This document shows positions 39,101 to 52,645 of a stretch of 57,082 nt of DNA, piece after piece (position 1 is the stretch's first letter; the number at the start of each line of letters is the position of its first letter). Both the position numbers and the translations under genes were made by a program. The stretch is from positions 1 through 57,082 of the forward strand of contig NW_014569517.1 of NCBI RefSeq assembly GCF_000743755.1, given 5' to 3'. Origin of the DNA: Blastocystis sp. subtype 4 (taxonomy: Eukaryota). The notes under the pieces were generated by a model. That model did no database searches, was not told where the DNA came from, and was given only the letters and a program-made list of their open reading frames with translations.

Positions 39101-42100
39101 TTACAACCCTCTTCCCCAATTCTTCAGTTTTGCCCAAATTGATAACTTCTTCTCACCTCTATGATCTCCTGAAGCAGTATGACTTCCAGGAAGGGAGTTA
39201 GGAAGAGGTGGTTGCTCCTTACTCTGTCGTTCACGCGGCGCAATAGGTGGTAGCTGGAAGGGAGGTACTGGCCTTTCTGGAGCAGGAGCAGACTCCTTTG
39301 AAGGTTTGTTTTGAAGTTGGGTAACAGCTAAATTCTGCCAATCCAATGCCACCTTCTTCAACTTTTCTTCTGCTTGGACATCTAAATAATGCTTGTGGCT
39401 GGCCTTCACACAATTCAAAAATGTCACAATATAGCCGAAAAAATCAGTTGGTTTGACTGAATTCGGATTCTCACCAAATCTAGCACACATCTTCTTGTAC
39501 TCATCATCAGCCTCATTATACAGAGTCCTTAACTTCTGTAATTCTTCATTAGCATTGATATAAAACGTTTGCATCTGAGAGGCAAACAGATCATGTTCAT
39601 TCAATGGTTCTCTCGTTACTTGGCTTTTAACGTTGGTTAAGGAGTTAGCTGTTGATGCGATGGATTTGTTGATGTCAACAAGTGAGAGTTCTGTTCGACG
39701 CTGAAGTATGTCTAGTTCTTGAATCACTTGTAGTACATCAGGCTTGATAGTTACCAGCTTCTTTACAATATAACTATATTGAACCAAATGATCAATCATA
39801 CTCTACAAGTGTCATACAATTATCACTTGTTTTCGTTCGTTCTAGTTGTGGAAGGATATCCAAATGGTAACCACATGCTCCTCCACGAGCTGTTGTACCA
39901 TTCAGATAGTTACCAATTTCAAGGATATAATCAAGAAGATATAGGAAGTGTTGATTATCAAGAACCACTGAACAGTCACTCTTAAAGTCATTAAGTGCTT
40001 CTTTAATTCGCTCCTTCTCCTCATCGAAGGTGGATCGAATCAGCAAACACTTTACACGATCAGCACAGTTGGGAATCTCAGCAACTGAATACAAAAATGC
40101 ATTCACAAAACTGAGCTTCTCAACATCTCCTTGATAACCCCGAATAACTGAACATTCCTCCTCTTTCGGTAGTATTTCTGCCATCACCATTAAAGCTTCT
40201 GTAGACAAAGAGAATGTATCAATCTTCATAAGGAACCTCTTCACCTCCTCTCCAGAGTATCTAAGTTTTCTCAATCCAATACCAATATTTGTCTCTCGTT
40301 TTCCATCCACAAATGTAACTGTCTCCTCTTCCATAACAGCAGGAACAGGATGAGAAGGATTCGTCGTCTGTTGTTTCTTCACTTCAAATAGTTCCTCAAT
40401 CTCGTGTGTATCCAATGTTTGTCGTTTCTCTGCCATACTCTCCCATACTGTGTCTTTCAACGCACGACCTGTTACTGTCGACCAGTAGAGCTGACGTAGA
40501 GGAACTGAAGGTGTGTTCTTTTCACGGACTGGAGGAGTGTAGGGATCTTCAGGTTCTGGTTCTGGTTCAGGGACTGATGGTGGTTGTGGTTTCAATGGAA
40601 CAGGAGTAAAAGTACTAGAAGGCTCCTCAGGCTCAGGATCCCACTCAGGTTCGTCTTGGTCAATGACTGTAGGATCATAACCATCATTCTCAATCTTCTG
40701 TTTCAGGTTCTCAATTGGCATATGAAGCTTCTTCACAGGATTAGGAGGAACAACAGCAGGAGCAGGGACAGAAGAAGCAAGAGAACTTGAAGACTCCTCA
40801 GGCTCAGGATCCCACTCAGGTTCGTCTTGGTCAATGACTGTAGGATCATAACCATCATTTTCAATCTTCTGTTTCAAATTCTCAATTGGCATATGAAGCT
40901 TCTTCAATCTGAAGTATTTCTTGTATGCTGGATCAATTGGACACTTTGCAGGACTAGGAGGAACAGCAGGCGAACTATGCGATGGAACAGGAACAGAAGA
41001 AGGAGTAGGAACACTAGAAGACTCCTCAGACTCAGGATCCCACTCAGGTTCGTCTTGGTCAATGACTGTAGGATCATAACCATCATTCTCAATCTTCTGT
41101 TTCAGGTTCTCAATTGGCATATGAAGCTTGATCAATTGGACACTTCTTCACAGGATTAGGAGGAACAACAGGCGAACTATGCGATGGAACAGGAACAGCA
41201 CTACGAGTCGAGGGTGGGGTAACAGGAGAAGGAGGAGGAGAAGGAGGATGAGGCGTAGTAGGTGAAAGCAATGGAGATGATGAAGATGACATGGAAAGAG
41301 GAGGTGGTGGTGGTGGAGGGATTCTCATAGAACCACGTAAAGCTGGTGAAGAAGGATTACTTTTAGGAGGAGGGGGAGGTGGAGGCGAACCTAGTCTGGC
41401 TGAAGCAGGTCGTGGAGTACGATCGATCTGACGTTTCAATAACTCGTTCTCTTTCATCTTCATATCATCCCCAAATCTCATTCCAACAATTAAAGCCATC
41501 TTCTTCTCTAGTTCAGTTTTTTCAATACGTTCTTCACATAGTTGTTCTTGTAGTTCCTGTTCTCTGCAACGTGTTCGATTGTATCGAAATTCTAATTCTG
41601 TATGTTCCTTCTTCAAAGTGGTTAACTGCTGATTCGAACGACGTAACTCTTCTGCTAATGACTGATCTGTTCTCTTCTTCTTCAGCATCTACCTAATGAT
41701 TCATTCTCTTCTTCTGTACAGTTAGACCTAGATTCGCACGATCATTCCATTGATGTGAAACGTTCACAAGATTCTCACAAAACTCAACCAGACTTGTCCA
41801 CACATCATGGCCATATGTGCCTTCAGCAGGAAGACATACTAACTTCTGGAGTAACATCATATACAGTTGCTGTGTTGTTGAATCTGTACAGTGATTTAAT
41901 ATGATTTCTATACATCATCACACTATAGAATAACCACGGGAAATAGCAGGGACATCTTCAGTTCTGATACTCTGAAGGTCTTCTTCTGTGATAGTCACTT
42001 CCATTACTTCTCGAGTGATATTAAAAATTGATGCTAGAGCATCCTCAGAAGACTGTACATACTTCCGTTCCAGCTCATCACACACTTCAAGGAAATTGTT

Positions 42101-43024
42101 CGTATGATATATTTGAATGATCTAAATACTGAATAATTCAGTTAACTTACTTTCACACGCATTGACAATGATTTCACAGAATACACCAAAACCGCTAAGA
42201 ATTTGAGAATTGTCATTTTCACCTCGATTTCAGCGTTACTTCGAAGAATTCTAATCAGAATACTGAGACTCATCTCTTCTGCTTTTGACTTCTCCTCCAA
42301 GAAACATTGAGCAATCACATCACCACATTCATTCATCTCCTCACACTCACGACTCAGCAACAGCACTGCTGCATAGATGACACTGATTTCTGTGTCATGC
42401 AATAGCTCACAAAGAGTTCGGAAACATTGAGACGATGAGAGCAAGATAGAACGAGCCTCTTCTAGCACCGTCATTTCAGCCAGAATACGGATGTAACTCT
42501 GAAGCATGGTTGTAGTGGCTGGAGACACAGGTTGGAGGAGGACAGTATTGATACACTATCTCTGAAGAAATGAACAAGAACCAACATTACATAGGAATCC
42601 AATGCCATCAACTTGAACAAAAATGGTCGAAGCAATTGGATAATCAGTTACGAGTTGTGGATATGTGTTTACCTTTGAATCTGCTGGGTTCTTCTATTTA
42701 TGATTCTCTTTTAGAAATGCTACTCCTAAGGTCATGAAGATTTGTTGGATAATTCCTTTCCCTTCATTAAATTTAACACTACAATTCTGGATAAACTTCT
42801 GCTTCTTCTCCTTCGTAAAATCCTTTTCCTCCAAACCAAGGTCAGCAACCACAATCCCATTCAGTATCAGATAGTACTGCGCTCTATGTATCAGATCTAC
42901 ATAACAATAGAACAAGAAGTCGATTGCAGAAGGATCGACTTGAGAAGTATCTTCAGATAACTTGAAAGAGAGACAATATTTGAGCTACACATCATTGATA
43001 TATACACACAGAGACAGCATCCAT
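39101..43024 (-). CDS. Formin (helical N-region, coiled coil, poly-Pro FH1, three repeats, FH2); frameshift near 41130
   Basis: PPPPPPP tracts, LRQLYW, EIEELF, RETNIGIGL, ILEIGNYLNG...ACGY.LDIL.QL..TKT, FGE...FF. Confidence 0.9.
40622..41197 (-). repeat. Three near-identical about 110-nt coding repeats (KLHMPIENLKQKIENDGYDPTVIDQDEPEWDPE) with repeated Pro/Ser linkers
   Basis: Direct repeats at about 40625-40730, 40795-40900 and 41025-41129. Confidence 0.95.
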
Positions 43025-43067
43025 AAACAGCGAATTCTGCGTTTCCGAATCCTTACAAATTATCGAA

Positions 43068-43457
43068 ATGGTTCGATGACATAGACTGATTTTAAAGGAT
43101 GAGTCTTTTCCACTTGAACCCAGAGATATGGAACACGATTCTACAGCACGAATGTTGACCACACTATTCAGTAAAGGATGCTTTTTAGATCCTACTATGG
43201 AAGATCAACCTCTTTATCAAACACAAATTGTAAGAAACAGTTGTTCAGAGTCACAACACCTGTAATATATCTAGGCTACCATTTACACTCAATCCACTAA
43301 GATCCAAACCTTTCCTAGCCATCTTGAGGCTACATCAGCAACTTCAACATGGCAATGCAACATTTCACAATTCGTATGTAGATATAAGGCGAATTCGCGT
43401 GGGAATTGAAAGATCTAGTTCGACAGTACTGATTTCCAGAAAGCGGAGCGATTTTGA
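43068..43457 (+). CDS. Small hypothetical protein (3 introns; absent from ORF track)
   Basis: ATG, then an intron, then DESFPLEPRDMEH...; three phase-0 GT-AG introns give about 90 aa ending FQKAERF*; fills the gap between formin and tafazzin. Confidence 0.45.
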
Positions 43458-43459
43458 TA

Positions 43460-43467
43460 AACAAACA
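43460..43467 (-). terminator. TGTTTGTT 3'-end motif of tafazzin
   Basis: TAA-G-TAAT-TGTTTGTT. Confidence 0.8.
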
Positions 43468-43472
43468 ATTAC

Positions 43473-44721
43473 TTATTCTTGGTCCATTTGACGAAGGGCC
43501 TTAAGTTTGTACTCCAACGACGCCAACGACTACCCATTATTAAAGGGTTCTACTCTTACCATTTCGACCCGATCCGTCAACTCCTTGTAAATGACAAACA
43601 TCATCTGTTCTTTCTCTTCTTCTGTTTTGCAGCTTGCCAACTTCTTCTTGCTATCTTCCATGATATCAGATACATCAATTGGCTTTCCAAACTACATTTC
43701 ACATTATTACCATGTAATACCATGCAATAAATATCATTCTTCTTCCCTGGAATGAAGCTGATCACCTTAAGATCTTCATCCTCTGGAAGTACCTTCTCCA
43801 TATTCAAATGATAGAAAGGAAGAATCATGATCTTTCCATTATTCACTCCATTGACAAACGAAGATTCTTCCTGTTGTTTGGCTGCTTCATATATCACACG
43901 CCCCACACCCCATTTCATTGGACCTAAATCACGCCCTGGAGGGGCTGTACGGCCACTTGCACGAATGCGCCGGCCTTGCTCATCACGACACGATTTTAAC
44001 TGCTCCTATTCTTAAAGATCATACCCTTCCTGTACTTGATAGGTGCGACCTTCTGGGAAAATATGACCCCAATCTCCATATTTGATTCGCTGAATGAAGT
44101 TATCAAGAGCAATTTGATAAACACCACCTCCGCGATGAATTGGCATTAACTTGGCCAACGAACAGATCATTGCTTTGGGCGCAGTTTCAAACGTCTGATC
44201 CTCGCGAGCCAGGTTCCAATAACCACAGTTGCGAGGATTCAATAAATCACCTACACAAATCACCAAACCTACCGAACCATACGAAAATGAATATTTGGAC
44301 ATGGCAGAGATGCACTATCGATTGTTGTTACGTGATTACTCACTGTTAACAATCCAACACCATCTGGACGATCCAGAGCAGTCCGCAAATTCTTAACACC
44401 AAAATAGTGTGTCTGATTCCGAATGGTCAACAAATACTGCATCACTCCCTTCACAGCATAGATATCCAAAAATCTATTCATCACAGATAATCAGAGCAAG
44501 GACCGAATTGCCTTTAGAAGCGGTTCCTCTTCAGTTGATGGCTTTATTCGTGGATCAACACACGATTGATACTTGAGTGGCCGCTTATCATGGGTATAAT
44601 CTCGATATTTCAAACTGGTGATTACCTCCAACAAGGCTATTTCGTACCCATAATACCCCTCAATCAAACATAGAGCTCCGATACTCGAGGTCACCACTTT
44701 TGCAAGGCGGTGACCAGGCAT
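43473..44721 (-). CDS. TAZ: Tafazzin-like phospholipid acyltransferase
   Basis: LLTVSNHVTTID (HxxxxD), MPIHRGGGVYQ, WGHIFPEG, MKWGVGRVI, ILPFYH, FGKPID. Confidence 0.93.
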
Positions 44722-44791
44722 AGTTGTTTAGAAATGGTGCACATAAACACCGTACGGATAGTCGTACTGATGAACAAACACTCCAAAATCC

Positions 44792-47384
44792 CTAATTAAG
44801 CTTATTGCATTCCAGATACTCTTCGAAGAAAAGGTAGAACCCCTTGGCTCTTTCCATAAACACTGCCATGTCGTTTTCAGCACAATTCAAACGTTTTAAC
44901 AAGCAATAACACTCACTCCACTCTTCAATTGTACATCTCTGAACATTCTTCAACTGGTCCATTACCGCTGAAACTCCCTTCAATTCACCCAAGGCTATCA
45001 CATTCTGCATCTGCGTATAATCTGCAGTTGCAATAAAGTCATCTATAGTCTTCTCTCCCACAAGTTCCTTAGGTACCTCTGGAATTACTCCTTCGCTCAC
45101 CAATTGTTGTGCCCACCATACAGCCTTCAACGGATACATCTTCATGAGTCCAGCCAAAGCATTCTTCACAGTCGTAGCATTCTTCACCGCAGCACCCCAA
45201 GACAGTACAGTCTCCATCGCTTCTCGACTATTGGTGCCAATCTTCAATACTTGCAATGCAATCTTCATCACAGTAAGCAGTGGACGAGACTGAGACGCCA
45301 AGATAAATCCATTAATGTCTTCATCAGGTTCATCTGCCTTCTTAATGTCTCCATTGATCTGAATTGGTTTAAAATGCTTCAAATACTCTGTCTTATCAAA
45401 AGGACTATGAATCAATCAGTTATTTGAATCCCACTGTTTGTCAAATGCAATAGCACATCGTATAGCTCCAATCGCAGCTTTTAGGTAATAAGGATGATTG
45501 AACACATTATCTGTGTATTTTAGGAACTACAATTAAAACCATTATTATCCATCATACATTCAAATATGGTGTGATATTTGCCTTACGAAGAACATATGGA
45601 TGGAAGTCGAATTGATCCAATACATACTGATTGAAGTGATCGATCACTTCATGATAAAGCTTATTAGCATGTACAACATCTCCTTGACGCCAATAACTGT
45701 TTCCACATTCAATCTCATACCAACATGCTTGCATATTAGCTAGATCGATACGAGAAGGTGTATCCTTCTTCGTCCAATAACTAACCTCATTATCAGCTTC
45801 ATCGATCTTATTGCATCGTAACAAATACTTTGTATGCTTTGTATTCATATAGCGATCACCTCGATCAAGAGAAGATCCAATAGCCAAAGACTTCTCACTT
45901 TGAGCAAGTGCTCCGGCATGCTTCAATACTCGAGCACGGATTGCATACAAATCATAACAAGTGGGGGTTGAGTCACAAGCCTTATCAAGATAACTCAATG
46001 CCATCATAGTATGATTCTCATAATCTTCAAATTCAGCTAACAACAGTAAAAGCCATAACATGACAGAAGGCTCTTCATCTTCACCTTCAATCAACTGACC
46101 AGTTGTTTGTAAGTCATTGTAATGTTTCTGCACTAATTCTTTCACAATTGCGTACTAGGAATCACTCATATCATACATTCATACTCGTGATGGTTGTCTC
46201 TTAAATAACCCTCGGAGACTCTTAAAGAATGAAGGAACCCCTTTACGAATTGCTTTGACAATCAAAGGATCACAAGCACTACGGAATTCGGATTCATCCA
46301 GCAAATACAATTGAATGTATTGAAGTGCTATGCTATGAGGATACTGCGTCTCCAGGTCTTTATAGAGTGATCGAAGTTTCATTCTCTGTTCTTCATTCAA
46401 TGTCGTTGTTGACGATAATAGTTCCAATTTCTGGAGAGATGAGAATGAGGCAAACTGATTCAGAACACAACACTCTAAACCTCGGTAATATCGATAATTC
46501 TCATTATTTCTCTTCAGTAATTCTTCCCACAATGCACAGCTCTCCTTTAATCTACATCTCAATCAACTCATCAATTTCTACTGACCATTCTCACCATACA
46601 AAATAGCCAAACGCTCCTTTGCAGCATCTTCATTGAGAATATCTGACATTCCATCATGCAAAACACGAATAGCATCAGGGCGCTTATTTAGGGCTAGCAA
46701 ACACTCTGATTCAAGATAGACCAGTTCCTGACGGATGATAGACGGAGTTTTGTTCAGAGTCTCACGATAGGTCTGAATGACCTCAATGCACTGCGAGTAC
46801 TTACCTTCAAGATAATAGCCGATCATGAATCCTAGCCAAAAATTGGATCGATTAGGAAGTTGACCGATGAGTTTCTGATGACAACTACGGAAACCAGCAT
46901 AATCTCGTTCCTGAGCATGAAGTGCAGCTAGATCAATTGTTAACTGGAGATTCGATGGATCATATGTTGAAGCAAGCTGAAACGCCTTCCTTGCTTCTGC
47001 ATAATTCCTAAACATGAGTGAACGAGATAAGGGATACTTGCTATGACGATAGAACAATCCTAAGGTCTGCCAACAGGTTCCATTCTTAGGATCCAAACGA
47101 AGAGCACTTTTAATATCTTGTTCAGCCATTTCCTTATCTTTATTCACTAGGTAAATCAGTAGACTCCTCATACAAAGGGAACCTAGGAAATGATCAAGGA
47201 GGAAGAAAACAAACGAGCATTTCTGGGGAAATGCTTCAAAATCGAGTCTGCTAGCTTAATCCCCTTTCTGTATTCCTTTTCTTCATAGCACTTCTGACAT
47301 TGAGTTCACTCCCTTATTCCTTACAATCACCTCCGCGAACACCTTCTCCTTTCCAGAGGGCAGACTTTGATCATTCTTACTCAT
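44792..47384 (-). CDS. NAA15: NatA auxiliary subunit NAA15/Nat1
   Basis: TPRs, KGVPSFFKSL, ARVLKHAG, DRGDRYMNTKHTKYLLR, MQACWYEIECG, DQFDFHPYVLRK. Confidence 0.93.
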
Positions 47385-47443
47385 GATCCCAACGAAATGT
47401 GTGTCGGAAGAATAAACAAACTCCCAAACGTAAATGAACAACC

Positions 47444-49719
47444 TTACTTGCTACTGCCCTTTGCCTTCTTAACCATGTCGTCGACAATATTCTTTGGCAC
47501 TCGCGTCAATGTCTTGAACTCCATCGTGAACTCTCCCTGTCCTTGCGTATTGGAACGCAACTCAGTACTGTATCCAAACATACTTGCTAAAGGTACTTCT
47601 GCGTCAACAGTCACAAAACCACGATCATCAGAATTCGTACTCAGAATCGCACCCTTCCGTCGATTGATACCTCCAATAATTGCTCCCTGGAACTCTTGAG
47701 GAATATCAACCTCCACTGACATCAATGGCTCCAGCAGCATTGGATTTGCCTGCATCATGGACTCTAGCACAGCCATCTTGGCAGCAGTTCGGAAGGCAAT
47801 CTCATTCGAATCCACAGAATGGGACTGACCATCTCTACATGTCACTCTTTCTCTCAAATACATACAACAAAACGAAACGAATACCCGTAACAGGATAACC
47901 AAGTAAACGGCCTTTTTCAATAGCATCATTAAAACCCTTTTCAATAGCAGGAAGGAATTCAGGAGGAATATTATTACCAACCATACGATTCACAAACTCA
48001 TGCTTCACAGGACCTTCATAGTCCATTGGCTCAATATAACCAATCACACGACCGAATTGACCACTTCCTCCACTTTGCTTCTTGTGCAAATAATTGAATT
48101 CCTTCTTCTTTCCAATTGTCTCACGATAGTTCACACGAGGATAACCAACATCCACGGCACATCCGTATTCTCTCTTCATTCTCTCTACGTAAATCTGAAG
48201 ATGTAATTCACCCATTCCTTTGATGATTGTCTCTTTGCTTTCTTGATCATACTCTGTCTGAAAGGTTGGATCTTCCTTTGTGAATCGCTGTAATGCCTTT
48301 GAGAAATTCATTTCACCATCATGATCATGAGGTTTGATAGCAAGAGAGATAACAGTATCAGGCACATACATAGAGGACATAGAGTAATGAACCTTATTGT
48401 CAGTAAACGTATCGCCACTAGCACAATCTATACCAAACATTGCTGCAATCTCACCAGCTCCAGCTGATTGAATATCTTCCATAGAATTAGCATGCATTCG
48501 TACTAAGCGTGATACCTTCACAGACCGTTTAGTTCTCATATTTGTAATGATATCACCTCGATTCATCAAACCTTGATACATACGAAGATATGTTAATTGT
48601 CCATACTTACTTTCCTCCAATTTGAAAGCAAGAGCAACCATACTATCCTTCTCCTTATTTGACAGAACCACTTCGTTCTCATTATCATCCAGATTCAATG
48701 CTTTGTTCTCAACCTCATTCGGAGCAGGTAAGTAATCAATAACTCCATCAAGAAGCAATTGAACACCCTTATTCTTGAAAGCTGACCCCATAAACACAGG
48801 AACAAAAGTACGAGCAATTGTACAACGACGAATGCATTGAATGAGCTGTTCTTGTGTTGGTTTCTCCTCCATTAAGAACATTTCACCCATTTGCTCATCA
48901 ACCTCGGACAAACGCTCGATCAAAGTATTCTTTGCAGCTGCTGCCTTCTCTTTTAGTTCTGCAGGAATCTCACTGATTTGAACATCATCACCATTGGGAC
49001 CACTGAACACCACAGCTCGATCCCGGACTAAATCAACAACACCACGATGAGCGTCCTCCAAACCTATAGGAATCTGAACAGCTGAAGCGTTCAACTTCAG
49101 TTTGTCCCGAAGTTGGGAGATCACACGATCTGGATTGGCACCTTGACGATCCAATTTGTTGATAAAAGCAAGACGAGGAATGTGGTATCGCTTCATCTGA
49201 CGATCCACGGTAATCGACTGAGATTGTACACCTCCTACTCCACAAAGAACCAGAATAGCTCCATCAAGTACACGAAGAGCACGCTCCACTTCAACAGTGA
49301 AATCGACGTGACCCGGAGTATCAATGATGTTCAAGTGATAGTCTTTCCACAGACAGTGAGTTGCTGCAGATTGAATGGTGATTCCCTTCTCACGCTCCAG
49401 TTCCATGGAGTCCATAGTTGCTCCTACTCCGTCCTTACCCTTCACCTATCCCTAACTTCTCCAAATTACCCTCTACTTCATGAATAGCACGAATCTTTTT
49501 AGTGTAGTAAAGAATACGCTCCGTCAGAGTAGTCTTACCAGAATCAATGTGAGCAGAGATTCCAAAGTTTCTCATATGAGAAATCTTGTCATCAGCCTCG
49601 GCAGTTGCTGCAAAAGAACGAATAAAGGAGGAAGAAGCGACAAACCCTTTCATGGCAGTTGTAGTTACCATGGGACTCTTCACAAGACGAGAGACGTTGA
49701 GGCCAAGTTTAGAAAACAT
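47444..49719 (-). CDS. GFM1: Mitochondrial elongation factor G
   Basis: Presequence [12 protein letters not shown]...[70 protein letters not shown]. Confidence 0.97.
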
Positions 49720-49907
49720 GATTCTCAAATGGGAAAACAAGAAATTGGAGATTCTCCGTTTCTAGCCATCTATTCTCTTTGACACTTATCATATTGGATT
49801 GGATAGTGTAGACTATATAGTATCCTTCTTTCGATAAGAAGGAATGGAATCAAAAACAAACAACAAACACTACTAAAACTACATTAAAGGGAAGTAAAAA
49901 GTCAAAA

Positions 49908-51626
49908 TTATGAAGAGGAAGGTAATAACGAGAGATGGCGTCGGAATGCTTCTTTTCCCCTTTCTTCAGTGCTCACAGTTTCCAAAAAACGAAAAGAAGC
50001 ATTCGCTTTGCAAATCGACTTTGTATAAATGAGTGTCACCATCACCGCATTGCTCCAGTCCCTTCCACATCGCAAGCAAAATAGACCTGATTCTACGTTA
50101 AATGCAATAACTATAAATGAAATAAAAGAAAGAAGAAGTACATTGCAGCAACGAATGCTCATGACCAATAGCTGTTAGTCCAAAGCATACTTCTAGCTGA
50201 TTCTAGATTTTATCTCGGAAAAACCCTTCCTTACTCGTATCTCCTTCAGAACATCTCCGTCACGTAATGGTTTTGAAAGTTGAGCCTTGTCAATTTCCAA
50301 AATCCCAATCAAATATCGACACTTGAGTCTCATAGAGAAATACTAGACTTGCAAGTATGAAACAAAAAAGAATCAATTCAATTCACGAATTTGTTGTAAT
50401 AGCTGTTTATTCTCTTCACACACAATGTCAATGTCGTCAAGCAAAGCTTTCACATCCTGTAACTTCTGCTCTCCCCATGACTCCTTCAATTCTTCTTCTG
50501 TGATACCAAACAGTTTTGCTGTCATAGAAATCACACCATCTAATCGAGAAACCGAATCACCCTTCGCTTCACCACTCACAGAAACTTCCTTAGAGTAATC
50601 CTTGATAGGAATGATCGAATCAGGACATTGAGAACGGATCCGCATCAAATCACAATCCACTATTCTTCACAGTCATTAGCAGTATTTACTCGATATCGTT
50701 GAAGGATATTCGATGGAAAGAAATGCATGTCCCTCACTTACATGCGAGAGACAACGTTGATGATTCCGATATTCAATAAAATCATTAACAACGAATGGTT
50801 TTCCATTTGTTTGAAACAAGTCCTCATCATCAGAATCTTCCAGACTAAGTGTCGATTGCGTCTCTGACTTTTTATCATAGGCTAGAGCATGCCAGATAGT
50901 CTTTGCATCTTCAATAGAAATAGGCATATTGTGAATCTGCGAGCATTGATTGGTTACATATTCCCAATTAATATGATCTATATAATACATAACGATAATC
51001 AATACAGGAATTCGATAACTGGATGTTATTCAAAATGGCTTCTAGGACATGACATTGTATTTGAGACGAAAAACGACTAGAAGACAAACGACTACAATCA
51101 AACAAATTCCTAAAAACAACTCGATTGGTGCTGTGTAGGTTGAAGATACACGTTTCAAAGCTACCGATTGTTTTGTATCTGTCAATGGTCGATCCCCAAT
51201 GGAATGATACAGCGGAGATGTCCGCATTGGAGGATTGGAAAAGAGTGGATATTGTCGCTTCATCAAAAGAAGCGATTGATTTGCCTGAGAAATCTGATCG
51301 TCATCCCCGTTCACCAAAATTACTTCCTTCTCATAAATGTGTTTATATTTCTTCTGGATATCTGCGTCATGACGATAGAAATCAAACATTCTAACAATCA
51401 CATAATAGACACACCAATACAATTTATATACCTCTCTTCGAGATAACTCTGTGTGTCTTGTCTTGAAAGCAGCATATTCTCGATTGCGAAACAGAAGAAA
51501 CGGTGATGAATACTGTTTCTACACTAGTAAGGTCATACAAAATAGGTGATATACAATCATCGAGGGTGGACCCAACGTAAGTGAATTCGTCTCTGACGTG
51601 GGTTTATCAATATTTCCTTGCTCCAT
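49908..51626 (-). CDS. Hypothetical multi-exon protein, possibly MCRS1-like (Myb-like segment, possible C-terminal FHA)
   Basis: Splicing of mostly about 30-nt introns joins four ORF-track pieces; INWEYV...EDAKTIWHALAYD recalls MCRS1 ERWYALLYD; tandem TGTTTGTT at 49855-49869. Family call is weak. Confidence 0.45.
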
Positions 51627-51749
51627 CGGATTATTCCGTAGTTAAGTAATCGGAATAAACAATAAGAGTAGTTCTTCAACAATAGATTGACAGAAGTTTT
51701 ATTAAGAAACACAATAGTTACAAGTATTACAAGAAACGGAAAATGGAGA

Positions 51750-52632
51750 TTACTTTTCTTCTCCAAAACATTCAGGCCGAACAAACCTTTGGCCATTTTG
51801 AAGTTGATATCTCATTTCACTTGATGCCTTTTGATATTCTTGAAAACATCCACTGTCTGCATCAAAGGCGGCAACATCATATTCTCTCATTTTCAAAGGT
51901 TTTGATATTGACGCATTCCACATTGCGATATCCCTTGTAGTATTAACAGGAAGACAATCTTCTTCTGTATCCATCCTTTCGACCTCTTCTTTGGGTAATG
52001 TTCGTGAAGGACAGCTACGAGGACAATTCTGCATGGTTGTCCTCCAGAAAACAGAATAATGAGTTATCAAACAAACGCAATATCACAACAATAATAATCT
52101 ATGAATTTCTAAAGAGTTAGAGTCCTTTGTGATAACGTTCTAGAATCACTTGTTCTCTCCCTTGGATAAACTGTTGAATCTCCTTCACTAGACTCTTGAT
52201 TTCCTCGTTGGACAAATTGGTAGGCAACATAAGATTACAGAGAAAAGGAATGGCGTGTTCTGCTAATCTATCAATCAGTCTCCATTTGTTTCATTACACT
52301 GGAGTAGATGCAATTTGTTTTACAACCAATTCCTCTTGAGTGGAAGCATGTCCTAACAACTCCTTAAGTGTGTACTGCATTATTGGATCATTTCCCAATT
52401 TGGAATGAGGAATATATTGGACCTACATTCATCAAAATGCTATCTTCTTACCAAAATGCCTGGTTTCTGATTAGAAGACAATACAATGTGCAACTGATTT
52501 GAATATACACTGAGTCCAACGAAATACTGAAACTCACCTGTCCTCTTATCATCAAGCCAATCTAAGAGATGCTACAACAACAATGCTTGAAAACGGTACA
52601 GGAACAGTATCAGCCATAATTGTATTTGCCAT
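51750..52632 (-). CDS. Hypothetical multi-exon protein (start 52632 or 52617)
   Basis: Exons such as HLLDWLDDKRTGEFQYFVG... and CPRSCPSRTLP...FGEEK* separated by about 30-nt GT-AG introns. Confidence 0.55.
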
Positions 52633-52645
52633 CAGTTATTCTCTA

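Noticed and set aside
40622..41197. Direct repeats with variable spacers as a CRISPR array or mobile element
   Set aside because: About 110-nt protein-coding repeats inside a eukaryotic formin; no cas or transposase genes.
51042..51125. Apparent C-terminal TM (ELFLGICLIVVVCLLVVF) suggesting a tail-anchored protein
   Set aside because: It spans a T-rich 29-nt GT-AG intron; splicing continues the frame into the downstream exons.
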